Shown in pieces: positions 35,116-44,117 of a DNA stretch of 64,000 nucleotides (the stretch's first letter is position 1; each line of letters opens with the position of its first letter). This DNA is from an uncultured Pirellulales bacterium (lineage in GTDB: Bacteria > Planctomycetota > Planctomycetia > Pirellulales > CAYNRE01): assembly GCA_964399535.1 (NCBI GenBank), contig CAYNRE010000005.1, positions 460,371 to 524,370 on the forward strand, written 5' to 3'. Both the position numbers and the translations under genes were made by a program. The notes under the pieces were generated by a model. That model saw only the letters and a program-made list of their open reading frames with translations. It was not told the origin of the DNA and searched no databases.

Positions 35116-38100
35116 GTGGACGGACCGGTTCCCGCCATCCGCGATGCGGTGCTGACCTCGGAGAAACCGCGGTTGCCCCCCCGGCTGCGCGCGGTGGGCG
35201 AACTGCTGGCGATTTGCGTGGTGCCGGTCGCGGCCAGCGAGGCGATTTTGCCGGTCATCGGCCAAAAATCGCCCCAGGTTCGGCTGGCCACTTGGGCCCT
35301 CTCGCTGGCGGCCGTGTTGGCAAGTCTGGCCTGGCGACGGCTGCGCTGGCCGGCCATCAGCTTGCTGTTGGCGGCTCTCGCCGCGGCGCAGTTTGGGTAC
35401 GCCTCGCTGGGAATCGACGCGTACAGCAAGCCCTTCATCGGCCACGTGGCGGGGGCGGCGGTCTGCGCCTGGTTTTGGAGCTTGCTCACCTTGCTCGGCG
35501 CGGGCGCGGCGGCCTGGCGACGCGCGGCGCTGGGGGTTAGCCGGGTCGTGCTGGGACTGGGAATCGTTGTTACGCTGGCTGTCACCGGCCTGTTGCTCAG
35601 CGGCGGCGATCGCTGGCTGCGTCCTCCGCCGATCACGCGGCAAGATGTGATCTGGGCGATGCGGCTGCCGGGCGATGCCGAGCCGGGGCGGCGGCTGTGG
35701 CAACTTAGCAGCCGAACCCGGCTCGAAGCGTCGGCCAGCACCACCGATCCGCTGCGCCAGGTGCTCGAGGTGCGGCAAACGCAGCCGGCCATGCAGCCCG
35801 ACCAGGTCGTGCTGCGCCGCGCGGCGATCGAGTTCGACCCCACGCGCGATTACGAGCTACGGCTACGGGCCCGCGGTAGTCCGGCCAGGTCCGTGCATCT
35901 GGAACTGGTCGACCCCGGCCAGACCCAGCCGCCCCTGGACATCGGCCAGGCCGAGTTGAGCCCTCAGTGGCAAACCTTGGTCTTTCCGATCCGCGGCGAA
36001 GTCGCCGGGCAAGCGGGCGGCAGTGCCGATGGCCCTGCGCCGCGCGACCTGGTGCTGTCCCTGGGGGGACCGGCCGGCCAGACGGAAATTACCGACGCAG
36101 TCCTCTCGCTGGTGGCCCTGCGCGAACCGACCGAGATCGTAGCCGACCTGTGGCACGTGGAAACCTCCAATGGAAGCCGGGCGCGGTTGCTGCCACACGG
36201 AGCCGAGCCCGGTAGCGTGGGCGTGGCGATCGAGGCGATTGCCCCCGGTCCGGAAGAAGCGAGCGTCAAACTGGTCCAGGGGGGGCTTGAGCTTCGCGCG
36301 GCAGCGCGCTACCGGCTCGCGCTTCGTGCCCGGGCCGAGGGAGCACGCACCGTTGTCCTGGGCTGGGTAGATACGCAAACCGGCGCCGCGCTGGCCCCCT
36401 GGCAGCGCGTGGATCTGGGCCCCACGGCCACCGAGGTGACCTCTCTCTGCAATCCGGCGACCGGCACGGCAAGCGCGCAACTGGAAATTCACCTGGGGAG
36501 CAGCACGGCCGGCGTGACGCTCGACGCCGCGCGGATCGACGAAGTTCCGCGGCAAACTCCCACCGAGATCGTGCCCGATGGCTTTACGCTCGAGCAAGAC
36601 CCCGGGTGCAAGGCCTCGTGGGCAATTGCCGGCGGGACCGAGCCCGTACTTCGAGTCTCGGTCGAACAGACCATACCCGAGCGGATCGCGGCCGTACGGT
36701 TGGTGCAGCCGGGGCTGGAGCTTACCGCCGGCTGGCCCTATCGGCTCACGTTTCGTGCCCGGGCCGACGGTCCTCGCCCGTTGGCCTGGTCGTTGATTCA
36801 GGGCGACCAGGTCATTCTGCCCGTTCAAACGGCCTGGGCCGACGTGGACCAGACGTGGCAAAGCCTGGAGAGCCAGTTCCTGGCCCCCACCTCGGGAACG
36901 GCCAAACTGCAATTCGAATTCGGTCTGTGGACCGTGCCCTGCGAATTGGCCGACATTCGCCTCGAAGCGCCCCGCAAAGAACACCCCACCGAGTTGTTGC
37001 CCGATCGTTGGCGGCTGGAGACGGCGGCCGAGGCCCAAGCCCACCTGGAGCAAACCGGCGAGAGCCCTACGGCCCTGCGCGTGGTGGTCGAATCGGTGCC
37101 CGGCCCCGAGCCCTGGCACGTGCGGTTGGTGCAAAACCAGATCGGGCTCACCCAGGGGAATCGCTACCGGCTGCGGTTTCGAGCCCGGGCCGATGCACCT
37201 CGATCGGTCGGCTATAGCCTGCTGAGCACGCGACCGGGAACCTACCTGGGGCTGTTCGGCGAGTCGCCGGTGGGCGCGAGCTGGAGCGACTACGAAATCC
37301 CCTTCACGGCCGAGGCCGACGACCCCGGCGCCAGCCTGTCGCTGAACTTGGGGGGAACCCCCGGCGCAATCGAACTGGATTCCCTGCAAATCGTCGCCAC
37401 CGCGCGGCGCTGGCCCAGCGAGCTGGTGCCCGACCTGTGGAGGCTCGATCTTCCGCCCGGAGTCGAGGGGCGGCTCGTGCTTCCCGCGCGGTCCAACGAC
37501 GTGCTTCGGGCCGAGTTTGCCCGCCAGGCGGATACGGCGCCCTGGCAAATCGGGCTCAAGCAGCCGGGGCTAGCACTGCGCGGAGCGGTGCGCTATCGGC
37601 TCTCGTTTCGCGCCCGAGCCGACGCCCCCCGGCAGATGCCCTGCCTGATCCTGGCTTCCCAGGCCTCGCAGCCGCTGATGGAGGACCAGTTCGCGCTCAC
37701 GCCCCAGTGGCAGACCCACTCGGTCACCTTCACTTCGCCTCGGACCGACGAGGCGGCCACGCTGGTGCTGAACCTGGGGGGCGAGGATCCGGCCGTGGAA
37801 CTGGCTGAGCTGCAACTGCGCGAGGAGCCCAAAGAGTCGCCCTTGGCGCTGCCGCTGGGAGATTGGCGGCTCACGGTGCGGCCCGACCTGCGGGCACACC
37901 GGGTCCTCGACGGCGAAGCATCCGAGCGGCTGCGAATCGAGATCGACCCGTTTGGCGACCGCCCGATCGAACCTTGGAGCGTTGCCCTGGAGCAAACCGG
38001 CGTGGGGGTCGAGTCGGGCGTATGGTACTCGGCGACGTTTCGCGCCCGCGCCGACGCGCCGCGAACCGCCAGTTTCGCGATCTTGCGTGCCGACGACGGT

Positions 38101-39009
38101 GGGTTTCTGGGGCTCTACGAAGACCTGAAGCTCACCACCGCCTGGCAAGACTATCGCCTGACCTTTCAGGCCCAGGGCGATTCGCCGAACAGCCGTGCCT
38201 TTTTCAATCTGGGGCAGGCCGACGCGGCGGTCGAGCTCGAGTCGATCGAATTGGCGCGGCTGGCCCGCCCCGCCGGCGCGGTGGCGATCGACCAGCCGCT
38301 CAGCGAGAACCAGTCGCTCGTGCTGGGGGGCCTGCCGTTTGGCCATTGGCGGCTGAGGGTGCGGCCGCTGCGGCAGCTCAGTGCCCGCGTTACGCAGCCG
38401 GCCAACCAGGGCGAGGCGCTGCGGGTCGATTTGGTTCACGGCCAGCAGGGTTCGCCGCCCGACGTGCGGCTTTCGCTCGACGACTTGAGCGTTCGCCAGG
38501 GGCAGTGGTACACGGCGTCGTTTCGCGTGCGGGCTGAAGAGCCCCGGTTGATGCGGCTGAGCTTTGCCGAGCAGGCCCCCCCGTTTGAATCGCTGGGGCT
38601 CGATCGCGCCATACCGGTCACTACCCGCTGGCGCACGATCGTGCTCGAGCTGAGGGCCACGAAAAACACCACGGTCGGGAGCCTGGCGCTGGAGCTCGCC
38701 GGGCACGATGCCGCGATCGAACTGGCCGAATTCGTCTGGCAGCCCCATTCGCCGCGGGCCACGAAGATCGGCTGGGTGGTCAGCAACCTGGTGGTAGCCT
38801 TGATCACGGCCTGGATGACCCGCACCCGGCGGTGGGCGGCCTTCGCCCCCAGCGACGACTGGGAACCGCTGGGGCTGCCCGCGCCGGCCCATTCCCGGGA
38901 AATTCGCTACCAGTTGGGGGCCGAGGCACCGCAAGCCGCATCGCCCCCCGCTGGGCTTGTGCCTGACGCAGCGAACGGCGACGCTTTGGGGCGCGGGCCA
39001 CGGGACTAG
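35116..39009 (+). CDS. Giant bitopic envelope protein: N-terminal multi-TM region, seven beta-sandwich/CBM-like modules, C-terminal TM helix
   Basis: GTG 35116 lies 4 nt after the WD40 stop. About 165 N-terminal residues form roughly 5 helices. Seven modules each carry (R/W)Y(R/S)L-x-FRARA(D/E)-x-PR and a later W-(Q/S)-x-(Y/H/L) strand plus a 'LNLGG....ELD/ELA' strand. The helix IGWVVSNLVVALITAWMT lies near the C-terminus. Confidence 0.8.
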   Translation: MDGPVPAIRDAVLTSEKPRLPPRLRAVGELLAICVVPVAASEAILPVIGQKSPQVRLATWALSLAAVLASLAWRRLRWPAISLLLAALAAAQFGYASLGIDAYSKPFIGHVAGAAVCAWFWSLLTLLGAGAAAWRRAALGVSRVVLGLGIVVTLAVTGLLLSGGDRWLRPPPITRQDVIWAMRLPGDAEPGRRLWQLSSRTRLEASASTTDPLRQVLEVRQTQPAMQPDQVVLRRAAIEFDPTRDYELRLRARGSPARSVHLELVDPGQTQPPLDIGQAELSPQWQTLVFPIRGEVAGQAGGSADGPAPRDLVLSLGGPAGQTEITDAVLSLVALREPTEIVADLWHVETSNGSRARLLPHGAEPGSVGVAIEAIAPGPEEASVKLVQGGLELRAAARYRLALRARAEGARTVVLGWVDTQTGAALAPWQRVDLGPTATEVTSLCNPATGTASAQLEIHLGSSTAGVTLDAARIDEVPRQTPTEIVPDGFTLEQDPGCKASWAIAGGTEPVLRVSVEQTIPERIAAVRLVQPGLELTAGWPYRLTFRARADGPRPLAWSLIQGDQVILPVQTAWADVDQTWQSLESQFLAPTSGTAKLQFEFGLWTVPCELADIRLEAPRKEHPTELLPDRWRLETAAEAQAHLEQTGESPTALRVVVESVPGPEPWHVRLVQNQIGLTQGNRYRLRFRARADAPRSVGYSLLSTRPGTYLGLFGESPVGASWSDYEIPFTAEADDPGASLSLNLGGTPGAIELDSLQIVATARRWPSELVPDLWRLDLPPGVEGRLVLPARSNDVLRAEFARQADTAPWQIGLKQPGLALRGAVRYRLSFRARADAPRQMPCLILASQASQPLMEDQFALTPQWQTHSVTFTSPRTDEAATLVLNLGGEDPAVELAELQLREEPKESPLALPLGDWRLTVRPDLRAHRVLDGEASERLRIEIDPFGDRPIEPWSVALEQTGVGVESGVWYSATFRARADAPRTASFAILRADDGGFLGLYEDLKLTTAWQDYRLTFQAQGDSPNSRAFFNLGQADAAVELESIELARLARPAGAVAIDQPLSENQSLVLGGLPFGHWRLRVRPLRQLSARVTQPANQGEALRVDLVHGQQGSPPDVRLSLDDLSVRQGQWYTASFRVRAEEPRLMRLSFAEQAPPFESLGLDRAIPVTTRWRTIVLELRATKNTTVGSLALELAGHDAAIELAEFVWQPHSPRATKIGWVVSNLVVALITAWMTRTRRWAAFAPSDDWEPLGLPAPAHSREIRYQLGAEAPQAASPPAGLVPDAANGDALGRGPRD
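35690..38740 (+). repeat. Intragenic array of seven ~430-nt (~143-aa) modules
   Basis: The signature motif recurs at about 35853, 36306, 36736, 37162, 37591, 38023 and 38503. The spacings are 453, 430, 426, 429, 432 and 480 nt. Confidence 0.8.
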
Positions 39010-39047
39010 CGGGGCGAAACGGAAAGCACGATTCATCGGGAGCCAAC

Positions 39048-39812
39048 GTGCTCGAGAGCTTGTCGATCGTCATCCCGGTCTTCAACGAAGAGGCGACGCT
39101 GGCCGAGGTGGTCGAGCGCTGTGCGGCGCTGCTTCCCGATTTAGCGCGCCAAGGCGAACTGTGGATTGTCGACGACGGCAGCACCGACCAAAGCCGCGCC
39201 ATCGCCCAGGAACTGGCGCCTCGGCTCCCCGGCGTGGGCCTGCTGCGGCACGAGGCGAATCGGGGGTTTGGTGCCGCCCAGCGAACCGGCATCGAGGCCT
39301 CGCGCGGCGAGTTCGTCGTGGTGGTCCCCTCCGACGGACAGTTCCCGCCAGAGGACCTGCGCGTTCTTGCCCGGGCGGCGATCGACGTCGACCTGGTGGT
39401 CGGCTACCGGCAGAACCGGGGCGATGGTTGGTACCGCAGCCTGAAAACCCGGGTATTCGGCTGGGTCATGCGGCGCGGGTTTGGCGTACCGCTGCGCGAC
39501 GTGAACTGGGTGAAGCTGTACCGCCGAACCGCCTGGCAGCGATTGGCTCCGCGGATGGAAGGAATGGGGCTCGACGCCGAGGTGGTGGTCAAGGCCCTGA
39601 ACCTGGGCCTGCGCGTGGTCGAGGTGCCCGTGGGCTACCTACCCCGACGGGGCGGCGTGGCCAAGGGAGATCAGCCTTCGCGCGTGTTGGGTACGCTGGC
39701 CGAACTGTGGCGCCTGCGGGGCGTGGGCGGAACTGCGGGCAAAGCCACGGGCGGGGGCTCGGCAGCCCCTCAGCGCCCTACACCAACCGACACCGACCAG
39801 GAACCGGCTTGA
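39048..39812 (+). CDS. Family 2 glycosyltransferase (polyprenyl-phosphate glycosyltransferase-like, soluble form)
   Basis: Motifs: LSIVIPVFNEEATLAEVVERC, LWIVDDGSTDQS, ANRGFGAAQRTG, VVVVPSDGQFPPEDL. It has a GTG start. Confidence 0.85.
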   Translation: MLESLSIVIPVFNEEATLAEVVERCAALLPDLARQGELWIVDDGSTDQSRAIAQELAPRLPGVGLLRHEANRGFGAAQRTGIEASRGEFVVVVPSDGQFPPEDLRVLARAAIDVDLVVGYRQNRGDGWYRSLKTRVFGWVMRRGFGVPLRDVNWVKLYRRTAWQRLAPRMEGMGLDAEVVVKALNLGLRVVEVPVGYLPRRGGVAKGDQPSRVLGTLAELWRLRGVGGTAGKATGGGSAAPQRPTPTDTDQEPA

Positions 39813-39937
39813 CGGCCGGGCGGCCGCGGTCGAATCTGGCAACTACGGAAACTTCGAGTCCCTAGACGGCATGTCGCACGAGCCGCCCTCCGGCGCACCG
39901 CTAAACAGTCGCACGCATCCATCGCACCAAGCCAGCT

Positions 39938-40564
39938 ATGACCCGGGCCACGATCATCGACTACGCAGTGGGCAACGTCCGCTCGCTGGGCCTGGCCTTG
40001 GAGCAATTGGGGGCCCAGGTGCGCTGCTCGGACAAGCCCGACGATGTGCGCTGGGCCGAGCGGATTTTGCTGCCGGGAGTGGGTGCCTTCGGCGCCGCCC
40101 GCAAGCGGCTGGCCGAGCCCGAGTTGGCAGCCGCCCTCGAAGAAGCCCGCCAGGCCGGTAAGCCCATTCTGGGCATTTGCCTGGGGCTGCAGCTATTGAC
40201 CCGCCACAGTGAGGAAGGGAATGAGCCCGGTCTGGGTTGGTTGCCGGGCGAGACACGGCGGCTGGATGCCTTTGGGGGGTTTCGGCACCGGATTCCGCAC
40301 CTGGGCTGGGCCGCGCTGCGCGTCGAATCGCTCGACCCGCTGCTGGCCCAGCCGCTTGGCGGCTCGCAGTTTTATTTTGCCCACTCGTTCGTGCTCGACG
40401 GTGCCGCGCCGGAAGACGTATTGGCCACGGCCTGGTACGGACGCGAATTTCCTGCCGTGGTGCGGCGCGGCAACTTGCTGGGAGTGCAATTCCACCCCGA
40501 GCGAAGCCAGCAGGCCGGCCGCGAGTTCCTGAAGCGATACCTCGACGGGAGCGGCGCAGCGTGA
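39938..40564 (+). CDS. HisH-type glutamine amidotransferase subunit (glycan-cluster paralog)
   Basis: Motifs: IIDYAVGNVRSL, LLPGVGAFG, ILGICLGLQLL (catalytic Cys) and GVQFHPERS (His-x-Glu). Confidence 0.9.
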   Translation: MTRATIIDYAVGNVRSLGLALEQLGAQVRCSDKPDDVRWAERILLPGVGAFGAARKRLAEPELAAALEEARQAGKPILGICLGLQLLTRHSEEGNEPGLGWLPGETRRLDAFGGFRHRIPHLGWAALRVESLDPLLAQPLGGSQFYFAHSFVLDGAAPEDVLATAWYGREFPAVVRRGNLLGVQFHPERSQQAGREFLKRYLDGSGAA

Positions 40565-41421
40565 ACCCAACTGCCAATCAGCTCGCGACCGGCCCACTCT
40601 CGGCCGCCGCGCCGACCCCGGTGCGGATCATTCCCGTACTGCTGTTGAAACACTGGGGAATCGAAAAGAGCATCGGCTTTCGCGACTTCGTCTACGTGGG
40701 TAGCCCCGTCAACGCGGCCCGGGTACTGAGCGACCTGGGGGCCGACGAACTGATTGTGCTTGATATTGCCGCCACGCCCGAGGGGCGCGGGCCCGACACG
40801 GAAGTGGTTGCCCAAATGGCGGCCGAGGTGCGGATGCCGCTAACCGTCGGCGGGGGAATCCATCGGCTGGCCGACCTGGAATCGCTCTTGGCGGCCGGCG
40901 CCGATCGGGTGGTGCTGAACACGGCCCTGCACGAATCGCCCGGGCTCGTGCGCGAGGCGGCCGACCGCTTTGGCAGCCAATGCGTGGTCGCCTCGATCGA
41001 TGCCCGCCGCCGCGCCGACGGTAGCCACCAGGTATTTACCCGGTGCGGGCGAGTAGCCACGGGCCGCGACCCGGCCGATTGCGCCCGCCAGGCGGTCGAG
41101 CTGGGTGCGGGCGAAATCCTGGTCACCTCGATCGACCGCGATGGAAGTCTGACCGGATACGATCTGGAACTGGTTCGCACGGTGAGCCAGGCCGTAGCCG
41201 TGCCGGTCGTCGCTTGCGGCGGCGCGGGGAGCGTGGCCGACCTGGCAGCGGCCGTCGACCAGGCGGGGGCGTCCGCCGCGGCGGCCGGCGCGCTGTTCGT
41301 ATTCTGGGGCCCGCGGCGGACCGTGCTGGTCAACTTCCCGACCGAGGACGAGCTTGTCGAACACCTGGGGCGCCAGCGGGTACGGCGGCGCTGGCCGGCA
41401 GTGCCCCGTTGGGCCGAGTAG
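40561..41421 (+). CDS. HisF2/AglZ-type cyclase-like subunit (acetamidino-modification type)
   Basis: GTG 40561 overlaps the hisH-like TGA. RIIPVLLLKHWGIEKSIGFRDFVYVGSPVNAARVLSDLGADELIVLDI matches the LPS/glycan HisF2 type (PVLLLK...) rather than housekeeping HisF (RIIPCLDV). GGGI and the C-terminal GAGS phosphate sites are present. Confidence 0.85.
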   Translation: MNPTANQLATGPLSAAAPTPVRIIPVLLLKHWGIEKSIGFRDFVYVGSPVNAARVLSDLGADELIVLDIAATPEGRGPDTEVVAQMAAEVRMPLTVGGGIHRLADLESLLAAGADRVVLNTALHESPGLVREAADRFGSQCVVASIDARRRADGSHQVFTRCGRVATGRDPADCARQAVELGAGEILVTSIDRDGSLTGYDLELVRTVSQAVAVPVVACGGAGSVADLAAAVDQAGASAAAAGALFVFWGPRRTVLVNFPTEDELVEHLGRQRVRRRWPAVPRWAE

Positions 41422-41463
41422 CGCGGCAGGTCGCTGCGCCGACGTGCCACTCCGCACCCCGAC

Positions 41464-43089
41464 CTACGCCCGGCAGGGGCGCGGCTTGTCGAGCACGAAG
41501 CTGCCCAGAATGAGCGCGTCCAACCCCGTGGCGAAATAGGTCCGCAAGGCCTGAGCCGGCGAACAGGCGATCGGGTCGTTGTAGGCGTTCAGGCTGGTAT
41601 TCACCAGGGCGGGAATGCCGGCTTGTTTTTCGAATCGCTCGAGCAGTTCGGCAAACAGCGGGTTGGTTTCGGCGTGGACCGATTGCAGCCGCGAGGTGCC
41701 ATCGGCGTGCACCCCGCCGGGAATTTGCCGCTGAGCCGCCGGGCCGGCGCTGAAGGTTTGCGTCATATAGGGCGAGTCGCAATAACCGGCAAACAATTCC
41801 GGACCTCGGCTCGGGAGCAAGGCGGGGGCCAACGGGCGAAACTCCTCGCGAAACTTGATGCGCTGGTTGATCGTGTCTTTCACCGAGGGATCGGCCGGAT
41901 TGGCCAGGATGCTGCGATTACCCAGGGCTCGCGGCCCGAACTCCATTCGGCCTTGGAACCAGCCTAGGATGCGCCCCTCGGCCAGCCGCTGAGCCGCGGC
42001 GCCAGCCGGGTCGTCGGTCTCCTGGTATTCGAGCCCCGCGCGGTCGAGCACCTGGCGAATCGCCGCGGAAGAGAACTCCGGCCCCCAATAGGCATGGGGC
42101 AGCGCGGCGGGAGCCTCGCCGTGCTCGAGGGCAACCAGGTAGGCAGCCCCCAGCGACAAGCCGGCGTCGCTCACCACGGGGGGCACATACAGTTGCGAAA
42201 CCGCGGGATCTTCGCGCAGCCGCTGATTCATTTTGCAGTTCAGCGCCACGCCGCCGGCCAGGCACACGCGCGAAACACCGGTACGCCGGATGTGAAACCG
42301 AACCAGTTGCAGCACGGCCTCTTCCAGTTGGGCTTGGGCGCTGGCCGCCAGATCGAAGTGGGCCGGCTCGAGCGGCCCGCCCGGCGTCCGCGGCGCTACT
42401 TCGACCGGGAACCGATCGAAGAGGCGCTCCTGGGGCGAGGCGGCCGGCTGAGTGCCCGATACGCCCCGCAGAAACTCGCTCTGCAGGTGATAACCTTCGG
42501 CCGTAATCTGCAAGATATGAGACAGGTCGTAGCGCGGCTGCCCGTAGGCCGCCAGGCCCATTACTTTGTACTCGTCGCTGTCCTTTTGAAATCCGAGCAG
42601 TTGCGTGATCGCGGCATAGAACACGCCGAGCGAGTCCGGCTTGAAGATCTCCAGCGGCGTCTCGAGGCGGCCGGCCCGACCGACCCGAACCGTGGTCGCC
42701 CGGCGGTCGCCGGAAAAATCCATGGTCACGATCAGGGCTTCGTCCCAACCGCTGGCGTAATAGGTGCTGGCGGCGTGGGCCGTGTGGTGGTCGACCAGTT
42801 GCACGCGCGGGGCGTGGCCAAACTGGAACTGAAAGAATCGTTCGAGCAGTTCGACAAAGCCTGTGTAGGTGGCGCCCGGAAAAACAACCGCGTCGACGTC
42901 GCGAATCGAGAGGCCCCATTGGGCCAGGCAATCGGCCGCGGCGCGGCGAGGCAGCTGACCGTTGGCGAACTTAACGCCCGAAAAGCGTTCTTCCTGCCCG
43001 GCGGCCACCAGGCGGCCGTCGACTAGAAGTGCCGCCGAGCCATCCTGATTGCCCGGCTGCACCCCGCCGGAGATACCGAGCAGAATCAT
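41464..43089 (-). CDS. NodU/CmcH-family carbamoyltransferase
   Basis: Motifs: MILLGISGG...DGSAALLVDGRLVAAGQEERFSGVKF, VDHHTAHAASTYYASGW and, in the C-terminal YrdC/Kae1-like half, NTSLNAYNDPI. The start at ATG 43089 overlaps the upstream stop. Confidence 0.9.
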   Translation of the reverse strand: MILLGISGGVQPGNQDGSAALLVDGRLVAAGQEERFSGVKFANGQLPRRAAADCLAQWGLSIRDVDAVVFPGATYTGFVELLERFFQFQFGHAPRVQLVDHHTAHAASTYYASGWDEALIVTMDFSGDRRATTVRVGRAGRLETPLEIFKPDSLGVFYAAITQLLGFQKDSDEYKVMGLAAYGQPRYDLSHILQITAEGYHLQSEFLRGVSGTQPAASPQERLFDRFPVEVAPRTPGGPLEPAHFDLAASAQAQLEEAVLQLVRFHIRRTGVSRVCLAGGVALNCKMNQRLREDPAVSQLYVPPVVSDAGLSLGAAYLVALEHGEAPAALPHAYWGPEFSSAAIRQVLDRAGLEYQETDDPAGAAAQRLAEGRILGWFQGRMEFGPRALGNRSILANPADPSVKDTINQRIKFREEFRPLAPALLPSRGPELFAGYCDSPYMTQTFSAGPAAQRQIPGGVHADGTSRLQSVHAETNPLFAELLERFEKQAGIPALVNTSLNAYNDPIACSPAQALRTYFATGLDALILGSFVLDKPRPCRA

Positions 43090-44117
43090 GGTCGTTGGGC
43101 GCGGGACTGGGCCAGCGATTGTTCGGCCTGCCAGAGCGCCTCGATCACGTCGGTGGCATGGCGGCCGTCGCAAAGGGGGCGCGAGCGCCGGGTCACGCAT
43201 TCCAGAAAATGCATGGCCTGGGCCACCAGTGGCTCGGGCGATTCGGCCGGCAGCGTCACCATTCGCGGCGGCTGATGCAGCGCCGCCGGGCGCGGTTGGC
43301 TGCCCGCCGACGGCCGGATTCGCCAGCCCGCGTCTTCGGTCAACCGCAAGGCCACGTCGGTGGCCAATTCATCCCAATCCACGCCGCCATGCTCGCCCAC
43401 CAGGCTGATCTGACGCAGCTTGTGGGCCGCGATCCAGCTTAGGTGCACGTTCACCAGCACCGAATCCGGGTACTCCAACGTGAGAAACACCACGTCTTCG
43501 AGCGCGGGATTCAAATAGCAGGCCCCGCGGGCCGTGACCGACACCGGCGCGGCGCCGAACAAATAGTTGAAGATCGCCACGTCGTGGCAACCCAAATCGT
43601 AGAGCACGCTCACGTCGGTGCGCACCGGCCCACGATTGGTGCGGGTCGAAGCGGCATAGAGCAACCGCCCCAACTGGCCGGCGTGCAGGTGCTCGCGCAG
43701 CGCGTGGATGCCCGCGTCGAAACAGTAGACGTGCCCCACCATCAACACCGCGCGGCGAGCCTCGGCCATCTCGGTCAGTACGGCGCACTGGCTGGGCGCG
43801 AGGGCCAACGGTTTTTCGCAGAGGACGTCTTTGCCGGCCGAGAGCGCGGCCTGGGCAATCTCGAAATGCGTCGAAGCCGGCGAGGCGATCACCACGGCAT
43901 CGACCCGCGGATCGCCGAGCACCTCGTCGAGCTGTGAAACGATGCGAGCCCGGGGATAAAGCTGGCCGACGAATTCGCACCGATCGGCGTCGATATCGCA
44001 GGCCACCTCGAGCCGGGCATCGCGCAATCCGGCGAACACCCGCAGGTGGTTCAGCCCCCAATGGCCGCAGCCCACCACGGCGACACCCACCGGCCAGCTT
44101 TGTCGGCGTTCGGTCAT
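43086..44117 (-). CDS. Gfo/Idh/MocA-family NAD(P)-dependent sugar oxidoreductase
   Basis: Motifs: VGVAVVGCGHWGLNHLRVF (Rossmann GxGxxG) and DAVVIASPASTHFEIAQAALSAGKDVLCEKPLA (EKP motif). The start was taken at ATG 44117. Confidence 0.85.
   Translation of the reverse strand: MTERRQSWPVGVAVVGCGHWGLNHLRVFAGLRDARLEVACDIDADRCEFVGQLYPRARIVSQLDEVLGDPRVDAVVIASPASTHFEIAQAALSAGKDVLCEKPLALAPSQCAVLTEMAEARRAVLMVGHVYCFDAGIHALREHLHAGQLGRLLYAASTRTNRGPVRTDVSVLYDLGCHDVAIFNYLFGAAPVSVTARGACYLNPALEDVVFLTLEYPDSVLVNVHLSWIAAHKLRQISLVGEHGGVDWDELATDVALRLTEDAGWRIRPSAGSQPRPAALHQPPRMVTLPAESPEPLVAQAMHFLECVTRRSRPLCDGRHATDVIEALWQAEQSLAQSRAQRP

Noticed and set aside
39938-41421. Annotating the hisH/hisF-like pair as housekeeping histidine biosynthesis genes.
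   Set aside because: No hisA/B/C/D/G/I genes are adjacent. The HisF-like N-terminus is of the PVLLLK glycan-cluster type rather than RIIPCLDV. The pair is flanked by glycosyltransferase and sugar-tailoring genes. Confirming this still requires locating a second pair elsewhere in the genome.
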